A stretch of 64,000 nucleotides of DNA. Source: an uncultured delta proteobacterium (lineage in GTDB: Bacteria > Desulfobacterota > Desulfobacteria > Desulfobacterales > JAHEIW01). A program made the position numbers and the translations under genes. The notes below the pieces were generated by a model. It ran no database searches. It had not been told where the DNA came from and worked only from the letters and a program-made list of their open reading frames with translations. Of this stretch, positions 45,246 to 55,159 are shown piece by piece. The stretch lies in NCBI GenBank assembly GCA_963706575.1, contig CAVPNL010000009.1:96001-160000 (forward strand), written 5' to 3'. Every line of letters starts with the position of its first letter. Position 1 is the stretch's first letter.

Positions 45246-47156
45246 TTGATTATGGACACGGATTCAGCCGACAACCCGAAAATTATCGATTGCCCTCAAT
45301 GTCACATCAAAAATCCCATTGAGTCTGATATTTGTTATAACTGCGGCGCCCCTTTGCATGAACATGAGACGCCGGAAAAAAAAGCCGGACGCCCCTGGCT
45401 TGCGGTTGTCGTGTTTGTCCTTTTTGTCGTGGGCCTGCTTTATTTTTATTATCGTCCCGACAGCACCCCTGCACCATCGTCCCAATCAAATCTTATTTCC
45501 CCCAAAACCCCGGCGACGCCACCCCCCATGCAAACCCGCTTACCCGAGAAGGCTTCCGTTGTTAAAGCCGTTACTGAAACTGAAGCCGATGCCGAAGCGA
45601 TCAATATTCCGATCGGACTGCTGCGGATCAGGGATGTCGCCGGCCATCTGCTTTCGGAAATCATGGTGCCGTTGGTTGGCAGCGGCTGGGTCGCGCTGCC
45701 CACCCGGGAAAGTATCGGCGGTTCCAGCTGGGTACTTCAGATGAGTGCGGGAGGTTCGCAGACGATTGAAGGCGGCATCATAAACGATTTGGATCAAATC
45801 AGCCTGTGGCGGATCCCGGAAGATCAGAGTCTTGAAAGCCCCGAGCTTTTTCCCTGGTCTGCGGGCAAGCCGCTGACATGGCTGGCGCTCAGATCCCAGG
45901 TTCCGCCGCAGCCGTTAGAGATCGGCGGTATCGGCAGACAGGGAAATTTTTATAAAGGTTCCTTAGCGGGTGATATAAACGATGCCGGCGTGTTTATTCA
46001 GGATGGCCGTGTGGTGGGCTGGACATTCGGCGATTTCATCGACGGTGCATTTTTGTGGGCCGGCGATGTGGGTCGTAATCTTAAAGCCGAAATCCGGGTC
46101 GATGATTATTATCGACTAACCTTCGCCAACGGCCGGGAAGAAGAGTTCGTACGGGCACTTGCCATGGGAGATGACTACTCGAATTTAGATCGCCTGGCAG
46201 CGTTTGCCAGGGCCTTCCGGATCGATCCCAGACTCTCTGCCGACCGGACGCCTGACTATCTGAAACCCGAGGCGGTGATTAGCCAAATGCGGTTACTGCT
46301 TGCGCGCGCGGTTCAAGAAGGATTTGGATTTCAGGCGGCCAGTTATTTTGATGCCGAGGTGCTCGCTCAGGCAGAAGATATCTCCTTGATGTCGGAGGTG
46401 GTTATTTTGACTGCAGAAAGGCTTGGTCTGGAAGAGGCGGTCAATTTAACGGAAAACGTTATCGAGGATTTGGAGCCGAAAAGCAACCGTGAAAAAACGC
46501 AGTTAAATGAACTTCATTCCGGTCTTTATCAAAACTGGCTAAATGCGCTGCTTGAAGACGGAGATATTCAGGATGCCTGGCGGGTTTATGAACGCGGCGG
46601 CCGGCAGCGGCCGGATGATCTCAACATTCATCTGTTTGGCGTAAAACTGGCCCTGGTCGAAGACGACTGGGAAACGGCGGAAAGGCTTTTGGCGGCCAAA
46701 GATTATCCTGCGGCTCTCAGGGACCAGGTCAGAAGCCTGCAGTCGCAGATTTCCGAACTGAAAGGGCAACAGGGAAAGATTCTCATCCGCTTTGCACCGG
46801 GCACCCGCCAAATACCGGTGACCGCCTCGATCAATCAGGCAACCTCACAGGAATTTATCGTTGATACGGGTGCATCGATGGTCACCATACCATATTCGAC
46901 CGCCAGAATTCTTGGCATCGTCATATCGGTTCGAAATCCGCGCCGCAAGATCTTTACGGCCAGCGGTGAGCTTTATGCGCCTGAAGTCGTACTGGATTCA
47001 ATCACTTTAGAGGGTTACGAGACCTATAATGTAAGAGCACTGGTGATGGATATTCCCAATCAACCCGGTTTGGGCCTGCTGGGCTTAAATTATCTGCGCC
47101 GCTTCAGAATGGATCTCAATACGGATGACGGGCTGTTGATGTTGGCACCTAAATAA
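45246..47156 (+). CDS. Membrane-anchored multidomain protein with a C-terminal retropepsin-like aspartyl protease
   Basis: Zinc ribbon CPQC..CYNC, TM helix, Pro-rich linker, helical region, FIVDTGASMV and GLLGLNYL. Confidence 0.85.
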   Translation: MIMDTDSADNPKIIDCPQCHIKNPIESDICYNCGAPLHEHETPEKKAGRPWLAVVVFVLFVVGLLYFYYRPDSTPAPSSQSNLISPKTPATPPPMQTRLPEKASVVKAVTETEADAEAINIPIGLLRIRDVAGHLLSEIMVPLVGSGWVALPTRESIGGSSWVLQMSAGGSQTIEGGIINDLDQISLWRIPEDQSLESPELFPWSAGKPLTWLALRSQVPPQPLEIGGIGRQGNFYKGSLAGDINDAGVFIQDGRVVGWTFGDFIDGAFLWAGDVGRNLKAEIRVDDYYRLTFANGREEEFVRALAMGDDYSNLDRLAAFARAFRIDPRLSADRTPDYLKPEAVISQMRLLLARAVQEGFGFQAASYFDAEVLAQAEDISLMSEVVILTAERLGLEEAVNLTENVIEDLEPKSNREKTQLNELHSGLYQNWLNALLEDGDIQDAWRVYERGGRQRPDDLNIHLFGVKLALVEDDWETAERLLAAKDYPAALRDQVRSLQSQISELKGQQGKILIRFAPGTRQIPVTASINQATSQEFIVDTGASMVTIPYSTARILGIVISVRNPRRKIFTASGELYAPEVVLDSITLEGYETYNVRALVMDIPNQPGLGLLGLNYLRRFRMDLNTDDGLLMLAPK

Positions 47157-47179
47157 AATACCATGAAAAACGTTAATCT

Positions 47180-47341
47180 TGATGGTCTCGTAAAAAGTCA
47201 GAAAAACGATCTTTTACGAGAGTGTTTAGTATTTGGTGTTTAGTGTTTAGAATTCTAAAAAATTGATATAACGTCATATACGTTATACTAAACACAAAAC
47301 ACGAAACACCTGATGAATTCGACTTTTTAACGAATTCATCA
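47180..47341. repeat. MITE-like element (TGATGxxxTCGTAAAAAGTC ends) enclosing GTGTTTA / TAAACAC heptamer arms
   Basis: tgatggtctcgtaaaaagtc ... gtgttta gtatttg gtgttta gtgttta ... tataacg..cgttata ... taaacac aaaacac gaaacac ... gactttttaacgaattcatca. Confidence 0.7.
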
Positions 47342-47351
47342 TTCTTATACT

Positions 47352-47948
47352 TTAAAAGTCTTCGATAACGCTTCCTCTTTTCACATAATTTTCAATATGA
47401 CTCTGGGAATTTACCAGGGAATGCATGGCCGTTTCGAACTTGGCATAAACCGGATCGTCTTCACCCAGCAGCGATTGCGCCTTTTGCAGGATTTTCAACC
47501 CCTGTGCCAGATGGGCATTGATATCATTTAATATCGCCTTGCGCTTGCTGTGTCTTTCCCGTTCTTTTGCAATTACCGGCAGCAATCGCTGAATCGAATA
47601 CTCCACCAGGGCGTCCCGCGGTGCATTGAATTGTCGCGATGTTTGTTCCAGACAGGACAGCGTACGCCGGCTGACCACAAAAGTTTTTTGAACCCGTTCC
47701 AGGGCGTCAAACACGTCATCTTCGATTTCGTTTGCAATGACATTTAACGACTGCACATCCTCGATCAAATGATCAAAGAGCGATTTTTGTTTGATTCCCA
47801 GCTGCGTGGCCACGATGCTGAGAACGTCAATGGCCCGGGCGGATAACTTAAAGGTTGCACGAACCGATTGCCGGCCCCTTAAGTCAGCCGGTGACGGCAA
47901 TGGTAAGGTTATTTCTTGAAACGTTGAATTTTCACTCTTTTTTGCCAT
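47352..47948 (-). CDS. Hypothetical protein (possible duplicated ribbon-helix-helix-like motifs)
   Basis: 198-aa ORF; VRATFKLS..AIDVL and VQKTFVVS..TLSCL repeats. Confidence 0.7.
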   Translation of the reverse strand: MAKKSENSTFQEITLPLPSPADLRGRQSVRATFKLSARAIDVLSIVATQLGIKQKSLFDHLIEDVQSLNVIANEIEDDVFDALERVQKTFVVSRRTLSCLEQTSRQFNAPRDALVEYSIQRLLPVIAKERERHSKRKAILNDINAHLAQGLKILQKAQSLLGEDDPVYAKFETAMHSLVNSQSHIENYVKRGSVIEDF

Positions 47949-48057
47949 TTTGCCCTGCCTTTTCGTTTTTTAGCATAGTCTTACAAGTTTCATTACTTTA
48001 TTCCATATATTATTATTAATAATATTGCAATATGCTTATTTCAAGCAATAAGCATAA

Positions 48058-48237
48058 GGTTTCAGGTCACAGAATACAGGACTGAGGACTGAGTGCTGAG
48101 GTCTGAGGGATATTGAAATAAAAAGGGAAAAAATAGTCCCGCCAGCCCATGCCGGAAAACGACCCCCCTTCGCTGAAGCTTCGGCGCGGCAAGCAATTCT
48201 TGGCAGAAAACACCTGCCGTCGCATAGCTATGGCGCG
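48058..48237. repeat. GGACTGA heptamer array and two AGCT-centred micro-elements (48164-48194, 48213-48237)
   Basis: ggactga ggactga gtgctga ggtctga; cccccttcgctgaagcttcggcgcggcaagc; cctgccgtcgcatagctatggcgcg. Confidence 0.65.
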
Positions 48238-48255
48238 TGCGGGATTGAAAGGGCG

Positions 48256-48991
48256 TTATTGAAAGCGGTCGTAAGTCGCCTGGTACTGCATTTGATCGAT
48301 ATAGGCGTATCGTCTCAGGGCATCTAAAATCCAGCGGGCTTTCCATTTCAGCCAATCGTCATTTTCGGTGGGATTGATTTTTAGCGGTTGCGGGATGACG
48401 GCCACCAAACGAACCATTTCCTCCAGTGTTAGCTGGTCAACTGTTTTGTGGAAATAATTTTGTGAGGACGGCCTCCACCCCGAATACCCCCGGTCCCCAT
48501 TCGATAACATTGAGGTAAAGGGTGAAGATCCGATCCTTGCTTAAATTGCGTTCCAGGCTTATGCTAATCAATAATTCTTTTATTTTTCGAATGACGCTTT
48601 TTTCAGTGGACAGGTAAAGATTCTTAGCCAGTTGCTGGGTAATGGTGCTGGCACCGCGCACATATTCCCCTTTTTTCCAATTTTTTTTAAGCGCTTCTTT
48701 TAATTCAGCAAAATCCACACCTTTGTGTTGATAAAAGCTGGCATCTTCCGTAATCCGGACCGTTTCACGCAGCAGCTTCGGTATGGCTTCAAAATCAATC
48801 CATTGCTGTCGGATTCTGAACTTCTGGTCGGTTTTCTTCGCCTCGCGATAGCGCTGTACCATTAATGCTGTGCTTCGGGGATTTTTAATTTTTAATCCGC
48901 TGACGTCCGGCAAACTCAGATAAAAATAAAAACCCGCGGTAACCAAAACCGATAGGATTACAATACCGATTATTTTAAAAGCTGCTTTCAT
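48256..48991 (-). pseudogene. mtgA: Monofunctional peptidoglycan transglycosylase with a +1 frameshift (real, or an assembly error)
   Basis: TEDASFYQHKGVD, RGASTITQQLAKNLYL and YLNVIEWGPGVFGVEA; the C-terminus (ASQNYFHK...) continues in another frame; removing base 48468 restores GVEAASQNYF. Confidence 0.85.
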
Positions 48992-49012
48992 GCAAGATTC
49001 AGGTATTAATAT

Positions 49013-49138
49013 TTTACCACAGAGGGCACAGTCTTCGACCCTGAGCTCAGACCGAAGGGAGACCACAGAGTAAGAATTCAAAACAGATAGAGCCACTATT
49101 AATATTTAAAATATAATCTCTGTGTGCTCTGTGGTGAA
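49013..49138. repeat. ACCACAGAG / CTCTGTGGT inverted-arm element with a 28-nt hairpin insert (49032-49059)
   Basis: accacagag ggcacag[tcttcgaccctgagctcagaccgaaggg]ag accacagag ... ctctgtgtg ctctgtggtgaa. Confidence 0.8.
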
Positions 49139-49199
49139 TAAAGTTTACAAGATATTAAATAGCTCGATTTTTGCCTGAAAGAAAGATTTTTTTTAAAGG

Positions 49200-49236
49200 A
49201 AAGGGCGGTGCTCGCATTGTGAGCACCGCCTTTTTT
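49200..49236. terminator. Intrinsic terminator after dnaK
   Basis: AAAGGGCGGTGCTC-gcattgt-GAGCACCGCCTTTTTT. Confidence 0.75.
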
Positions 49237-49262
49237 GCGATATCTTTCACGAAACTTTCGGA

Positions 49263-51182
49263 TCAGTTAACTTCCTCATACTCGGCATCGACTACCTCTT
49301 CCCCGTTATTAGACGCTCTATCGGCAGCGGAATTATGTACACCGTCTGCAGAGGCGTCATAAGGTTGTCCCTGCTGCGAAGCCTGTTGATATGCTGAGGC
49401 CGCCAGCTTATGGGCTATCTGAGTCAATGTTTCCGTCAGGCGTTTGATTTCCGCAATGTTTTCGCCTTCGATTTCACGCTTGAGGCTGGCAACTGTCTGC
49501 TCGACTTCGACCCTTGTACCGCTGTCCACCTTTTCACCCAATTCGCGAAGGGTTTTTTCGGTGGCGTATATCAGGGCATCGGCTGAATTGCGGGCTTCCG
49601 CCAGGACTCTTTTATTCTTATCTTCTTCCGCATGAAGCTCGGCGTCTTTCACCAGTCGATCGATTTCATCCCGGGATAAACCCGAAGAGTGGGTGATGCG
49701 AATCGACTGCTGTTTGCCGGTGGCGGTATCCCTGGCAGATACTTCCACAATCCCATTGGCATCGATATCGAAGGTCACCTCAATCTGAGGGGTCCCGCGG
49801 GGTGCCGGGGCAATACCCGTCAACTCAAAGCGCCCTAATGATTTGTTGCCGGAAGCCATTTCACGCTCGCCCTGAAGCACGTGAATCGACACTGCCGGCT
49901 GATTGTCTTCGGCAGTTGAAAAAACTTCACTCTTTTTGGCCGGAATGGTGGTATTTTTATCAATCAGCCGGGTCATCACACCGCCCAGGGTTTCAATGCC
50001 CAGAGAAAGCGGTGTAACATCAAGCAGCAGTACATCCTCCAGATCGCCTTTTAGAACGCCGCCCTGGATGGCCGCTCCCATGGCAACAACCTCATCGGGA
50101 TTGACCCCCTTGTTGGGTTCTTTGACAAAGATGCCTTTAACCCGCTGCTGAACAGCCGGCATGCGGGTCATGCCGCCCACCAGAATAACCTCATTGATAT
50201 CTGTCGCAGAAAGACCGGCATCCTTTAATGCCACGCGGCACGGTTGTTCAAGGTTATCCAGCAAATCGCTGACGAGGCCTTCGAACTTGGCACGGGTGAT
50301 CTTTAAATTCAGATGTTTGGGGCCGCTGGCGTCTGCGGTGATAAAGGGCAGATTGACGTCGGTCTGAACCGAGGTGGACAATTCAATCTTGGCCTTTTCA
50401 GCGGCTTCTTTTAACCGCTGCAGGGCCATTTTATCATTTCGCAGATCGATTCCCTGATCCTTTTTAAATTCATCGGCCAGGTAATCAATGAGTTTCAGGT
50501 CAAAATCTTCACCCCCTAAATGGGTGTCCCCATTTGTGGCTTTTACCTCAAAAACACCGTCGCCGATTTCAAGAATCGATACGTCGAAGGTACCGCCGCC
50601 CAGGTCAAACACCACGATTTTCTCATCGGTTTTCTTATCCAGACCATAGGCCAAGGCGGCTGCGGTGGGCTCATTGACAATGCGCAATACATTCAGCCCG
50701 GCAATTTTGCCGGCATCTTTAGTGGCCTGCCGCTGACTGTCGCTAAAGTAGGCCGGAACCGTAATTACCGCATCCGTAATCGTTTCACCCAGATACTCTT
50801 CAGCCGTCTTTTTGATATTGGCCAGAATAAAAGATGAAATTTCCGCGGGGCTGTGTATTTTTCCCCGCAGGCGAATCCCAACGTCACCGTTGGCTGCCTT
50901 TTCAATTTTATAAGGTAAAACCGGGATGTCCTTTTGCACTTCCGCCGAGTCATATTTACGGCCGATCAGGCGTTTAATTCCAAAAACCGTGTTTTCGGGA
51001 TTGGTGACCGCCTGTCTTTTGGCAATTTGCCCAACCAGGCGCTCTTGGTTATCTGTAATGGCCACCATCGAGGGGGTTGTGCGACCGCCTTCCGGGTTGG
51101 CAATAATTTTTGCATCGCCGCCTTCCATAATTGCGACGCAAGAGTTGGTCGTTCCAAGGTCAATTCCGATAATTTTGCTCAT
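49263..51182 (-). CDS. dnaK: Molecular chaperone DnaK (Hsp70)
   Basis: [41 protein letters not shown] and DAEYEEV. Confidence 0.98.
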   Translation of the reverse strand: MSKIIGIDLGTTNSCVAIMEGGDAKIIANPEGGRTTPSMVAITDNQERLVGQIAKRQAVTNPENTVFGIKRLIGRKYDSAEVQKDIPVLPYKIEKAANGDVGIRLRGKIHSPAEISSFILANIKKTAEEYLGETITDAVITVPAYFSDSQRQATKDAGKIAGLNVLRIVNEPTAAALAYGLDKKTDEKIVVFDLGGGTFDVSILEIGDGVFEVKATNGDTHLGGEDFDLKLIDYLADEFKKDQGIDLRNDKMALQRLKEAAEKAKIELSTSVQTDVNLPFITADASGPKHLNLKITRAKFEGLVSDLLDNLEQPCRVALKDAGLSATDINEVILVGGMTRMPAVQQRVKGIFVKEPNKGVNPDEVVAMGAAIQGGVLKGDLEDVLLLDVTPLSLGIETLGGVMTRLIDKNTTIPAKKSEVFSTAEDNQPAVSIHVLQGEREMASGNKSLGRFELTGIAPAPRGTPQIEVTFDIDANGIVEVSARDTATGKQQSIRITHSSGLSRDEIDRLVKDAELHAEEDKNKRVLAEARNSADALIYATEKTLRELGEKVDSGTRVEVEQTVASLKREIEGENIAEIKRLTETLTQIAHKLAASAYQQASQQGQPYDASADGVHNSAADRASNNGEEVVDAEYEEVN

Positions 51183-51346
51183 GACAAATTCCTCCTTAAG
51201 TTAATTATTTTTATTTAGATTAAGGTTATAATCCTGTTTAACCGCCGCGTGCCTCCCACAGCCGCACGGTGTTTTCAACAGCTGTTTTTCATTACTAAAT
51301 GATAATACTTATTTTAAGTAATGCAATAAAAAAGATAATTAAATTA

Positions 51347-51374
51347 TTGACAATAACAAAATAATATTTATCTT
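51347..51374 (+). promoter_or_regulatory. Putative sigma70 promoter of hsp20
   Basis: TTGACA-16 nt-TATCTT. Confidence 0.45.
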
Positions 51375-51441
51375 AATGATCAGAAAAAGGAATATTAGTA
51401 TTTAAAGTCAAACATTCAATTAATTTAAGGAGGATTATAAA

Positions 51442-51888
51442 ATGATGAACTTAGTCAGATTGAATCCCTGGGGAGAGATGAACGCGTTGCCGCATCGATT
51501 GAATCACCTGTTTGCTGATTCTTTTTTCCAGCCCAGTCGATCAGAAGATGAGTTGAGCCTGGGTACCTGGCATCCGGTGGTGGATATGTATGATGAGGAT
51601 GACAGAATTGTCATCAAAGCGGAACTTCCCGGTATGGAAAAAAAGGACATTTCAGTTGAGGTGAAAGATCAGGTTTTGACCCTTAGGGGCGAGCGCAACC
51701 ATGACAATGAGATCAAAGAGGAAAAATACTATCGCCGCGAAAGGACCTACGGAAAATTCCAGCGCGCCTTCAGCTTGCCGGCTGATGTGAATTCGGACAA
51801 TATCACAGCCGATTTTAAGGACGGCTTGCTGAAAATTGAAGTGCCCAAGCCTGAGAAGCAAAAACCCAAAGAAATTACAGTTCACTAA
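51442..51888 (+). CDS. Small heat-shock protein, Hsp20/alpha-crystallin family
   Basis: PVVDMYD, AELPGM, LTLRGER, RERTYGKFQRAFSLP and FKDGLLKI. Confidence 0.95.
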   Translation: MMNLVRLNPWGEMNALPHRLNHLFADSFFQPSRSEDELSLGTWHPVVDMYDEDDRIVIKAELPGMEKKDISVEVKDQVLTLRGERNHDNEIKEEKYYRRERTYGKFQRAFSLPADVNSDNITADFKDGLLKIEVPKPEKQKPKEITVH

Positions 51889-51937
51889 ACGCGTTATCTT
51901 TCGAGTAAATCGTTGACCACCAAATCTTAACAAATAG

Positions 51938-51971
51938 AAATAGGGCGACGGAATCGTCGCCCTATTTTTTT
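51938..51971 (+). terminator. Intrinsic terminator after hsp20
   Basis: AAATAGGGCGACG-gaat-CGTCGCCCTATTTTTTT. Confidence 0.85.
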
Positions 51972-52035
51972 ATTTAAACAGGCTATGCAATGCTTCTAAA
52001 TTGTTTTATATTATATGTCTGGCATAAAAGCATAA

Positions 52036-52119
52036 AACCACAAAGACACGAAGAACACAAAGAAGGACTCTATAAGAAATTTATTTAAATATCTTCGTGA
52101 ACTTTGTGCCTTTGTGGTA
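52036..52119. repeat. ACCACAAAG / CTTTGTGGT inverted-arm element
   Basis: accacaaag acacgaag aacacaaag ... cttcgtgaa ctttgtgc ctttgtggt. Confidence 0.8.
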
Positions 52120-52174
52120 ATAATCGTTTTTCTATTATTTATCTTCAATATTAGTTTAGGTGAGGATTAAACGC

Positions 52175-54019
52175 ATGTACAAGCCCAAAGGCAAAATTCG
52201 CCGTTTTTTTGGTTTTTTTTGGAACGGTGTTTCCGTCTTACGCAGAATTGTCGGTAATTTGTTGTTTCTTTTGCTTATCATCTTTTTGATTGCGATTGTA
52301 TTTTTTGACAGCAGAGAAGATGTGCCCGATGGTGCGGCGCTGATTCTAGCGCCGGAAGGCAACATTGTCGAACAACTAACTGAAAGCATGCTTGCCAGTG
52401 ATCTATTTGGCGATGCTGCCAGAGAAGAGACGCTTTTAAAAGATGTTATCGATGTTATCGATTTTGCCAAAGACGACGAGCGCATCGAAGTGCTGGTTCT
52501 TGACCTCAGGAAAATGAGAAAAGCCGGTATAAGCAAACTTCAGTCTATCGGCACGGCTCTTGAGCGCTTTAGCAGCAGCGGCAAGCAAATTTTTGCATTT
52601 GGCGATTATTTCAATCAGCAGCAATACTATCTGGCGGCTCATGCCGACAGGCTGTATTTGAACCCCATGGGTGTGATCATGCTGCATGGCTTCGGTCTTT
52701 ATCGTAAATATTACAAAACGGCTTTGGAGAAACTACAGATCCAGTTTCATGTTTTTAAAGTCGGTACCTATAAATCAGCCCTCGAACCTTTTTTACGAGA
52801 CAGCATGTCCGATTATGCTAAAGAGGCCAACATCGCCTGGCTCACCGTTCTATGGGATTTTTACAAAGTCGATGTGGCTTCAAAGCGGGGATTTCGTCCG
52901 CAAGATCTGGATGATTTTATTAATAACATTCCAGGTCATCTGGCAAAAGCCGAAGGAGATGCCGCCTTGATGGCCCTAAATCTGGGTCTGGTTGATGAAC
53001 TCAAAACCCGTGATGAGGTCCGCCAGGAACTGATCGAGCACCTTGGCCCGGATAAAGACGGCCTGACCTTTAAACAGATTGCCTTCGATCAGTATCTAAA
53101 CCACATTCGTCCGGATCTGATAAAAAGTCATCCCACCAGAGACAAAGTCGGCATCATTGTTGCCAGCGGCATTATTATGGATGGAGAGCAACCGTCTGGC
53201 AGAATCGGCGGTGACACCATGGCGGATCTGCTGGTCCGGGCGCGGGAAGATGAAAAGGTAAAGGCGGTGGTGGTTCGGATCGATAGCGGCGGCGGCAGTG
53301 CAACTGCCTCTGAGGTCATTAGCCGCGAGATCGAACTGACCCGCCAGGCCGGCAAACCGGTTTTCGTATCCATGGGATCCATTGCCGCATCCGGCGGGTA
53401 CTGGATTGCTGCGCCGGCAGATCAAATCTGGGCGACACCCACAACGATTACCGGCTCGATCGGGATTTTCGGAGCCTTCCCAACTTTCGAAAGGAGCCTG
53501 AAATCTTTAGGCATCACCAGTGATGGTGTCGGTACCACCAAACTTTCAGATGCTTTTGATCCCAGCCGGCCGCTAAATGACCTGGTGGCCCAATCAATGA
53601 ATCAGGTGATTGAGCAGGGCTATCGGCGTTTTGTCCGGCGGGTCGCTGAAGGCCGCAATATGCAGCCGGAGGCGGTTGAAAAAATCGCCCAGGGCCGCGT
53701 TTGGGCCGGAATTTCGGCTAAAGATCTGGGGTTGGTCGATAAAATCGGCAGCTTGCAGGATGCGGTTAATGCGATCGCTGAAACGGCGGATTTAACCGAT
53801 TATGAAATCACTTACATCGCGCAACCCTTAACCACCCGGGAGCTGCTGATTAAACGGTTCAATCGATTGCTTGCCGGCATCTTAGCCGCCCTGAGTCCCA
53901 CCGATCATCCGGCAAAAAAAATATATGACGCGGTTATCGATACTGAAATCGACCATGTTTTGCGAGCCGATGATCCGGTCGGATCGTATGCCTACTGTCT
54001 CAACTGCAATATCCAATAA
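52175..54019 (+). CDS. sppA: Signal peptide peptidase SppA, long (67K) type
   Basis: KVGTYKSALEPF, RIDSGGGS, SMGSIAASGGYW, TGSIGIFG and AQGRVW; alternative start 52160. Confidence 0.95.
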   Translation: MYKPKGKIRRFFGFFWNGVSVLRRIVGNLLFLLLIIFLIAIVFFDSREDVPDGAALILAPEGNIVEQLTESMLASDLFGDAAREETLLKDVIDVIDFAKDDERIEVLVLDLRKMRKAGISKLQSIGTALERFSSSGKQIFAFGDYFNQQQYYLAAHADRLYLNPMGVIMLHGFGLYRKYYKTALEKLQIQFHVFKVGTYKSALEPFLRDSMSDYAKEANIAWLTVLWDFYKVDVASKRGFRPQDLDDFINNIPGHLAKAEGDAALMALNLGLVDELKTRDEVRQELIEHLGPDKDGLTFKQIAFDQYLNHIRPDLIKSHPTRDKVGIIVASGIIMDGEQPSGRIGGDTMADLLVRAREDEKVKAVVVRIDSGGGSATASEVISREIELTRQAGKPVFVSMGSIAASGGYWIAAPADQIWATPTTITGSIGIFGAFPTFERSLKSLGITSDGVGTTKLSDAFDPSRPLNDLVAQSMNQVIEQGYRRFVRRVAEGRNMQPEAVEKIAQGRVWAGISAKDLGLVDKIGSLQDAVNAIAETADLTDYEITYIAQPLTTRELLIKRFNRLLAGILAALSPTDHPAKKIYDAVIDTEIDHVLRADDPVGSYAYCLNCNIQ

Positions 54020-54093
54020 GGTCAGACCCGGTCTGATGGGTTTATCCTGCCGGAAATTTCAATTAATTCAAGGGTCGGGGAATATTTCGCTGC

Positions 54094-54142
54094 AAAAAAG
54101 AAAAGGCGATTCAGGATTGTCCCTAGTCCCTAAACCGCCTTT
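54094..54142 (-). terminator. Probable terminator after flgM
   Basis: AAAGGCG...CGCCTTT stem followed by a T-run on the minus strand. Confidence 0.5.
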
Positions 54143-54184
54143 GGTTATCAATTCTCAATGTGCCGATTTGGCAAGGTTATTTGG

Positions 54185-54490
54185 CTAAATTAAATCATTC
54201 AACAGCGCATCTTTAATTATTTTCCCGGCTGTTTTTTCTTCATCCATTTTATAGGTTTTGTTTTCTATCTGTTCTTTGAGCTGGGCGACTTTGTCCTCCC
54301 TGACATCAGGTATCGTTTCCAACTGTTTCTGCGCCTCCTGGACTTTTTTAGCCATATCTGAAAGCACAACCGTATCTGCCTTGGTTTGCTGCTTTTCCGG
54401 CTGCTCAGAGGTGGCGTCAACTTTATCTTTATCCTGAACCTGATTCACATAGGCTTCAATATTAACTGAGTCTTTTGGGGTAATTTCCAT
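54185..54490 (-). CDS. flgM: Anti-sigma-28 factor FlgM
   Basis: DTVVLS...PDVREDKVAQLKEQIENKTYKMD..KTAGKII; sigma28 promoter upstream. Confidence 0.88.
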   Translation of the reverse strand: MEITPKDSVNIEAYVNQVQDKDKVDATSEQPEKQQTKADTVVLSDMAKKVQEAQKQLETIPDVREDKVAQLKEQIENKTYKMDEEKTAGKIIKDALLNDLI

Positions 54491-54612
54491 TTTTCAGCAA
54501 GCTCCTCTAAATTTTCCTGTTTGACAGGCGTTTTAATCGCTCAACAGTCATTATTTACAATAATTCTAATCCACTGGCTTCTGCGTGTCAAATTAATTAC
54601 GATTTAATTATA

Positions 54613-54639
54613 TTATCGGTAAAAACTTTACATACTTTA
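54613..54639 (-). promoter_or_regulatory. Sigma28 (FliA) promoter of flgM
   Basis: Minus strand TAAA-N15-ACCGATAA versus consensus TAAA-N15-GCCGATAA. Confidence 0.8.
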
Positions 54640-54898
54640 GTCTTTTTTTGCGAATTTCACTATTTGTTCTCATTTCGAGAAAAATCTCAACATATTAATA
54701 AAACTATAAATAATGAAATAAGTATGGATCTGCTTTGCAAAAGACCAAATTTCAGTCAAATGCCATCCCTGAATACAATCCAATAACATGCCATTATCAT
54801 GCCAAACAGAAAGCTTTCTATAAATTCCATCACCCGAACACCTTTTGCTTTACAGACGATGAAGCAGTCCTATTTTATAGATAGTTGCGAAAATTACC

Positions 54899-55042
54899 AG
54901 AACCCATCTCAAAAATGTCTTTTGGCCCCATATCTTTGTTGGTGCCTCGTTTTTAATCCTCGACATACAACAGTATGCCTGCGGTTTAAAACTCGGCCCC
55001 GCCGCGATCTTGAACCAAAATCCTATTTTTGAGATGGGTTCT
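54899..55042. mobile_element. 144-bp MITE-like element with perfect 18-bp terminal inverted repeats
   Basis: AGAACCCATCTCAAAAAT ... ATTTTTGAGATGGGTTCT; internal nested stems (CATAC-aaca-GTATG); degenerate relative at about 54810-54887. Confidence 0.7.
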
Positions 55043-55159
55043 AATTGAGCTCCGGCAGGGGCGCCGAAACAAAAATTGAGGTTTTTCAGCTGGATTTATT
55101 GACATCCTACGTTGTGGTATTAATATTTAAGCTTAAAGATATCTATTTTCATACTTGGA

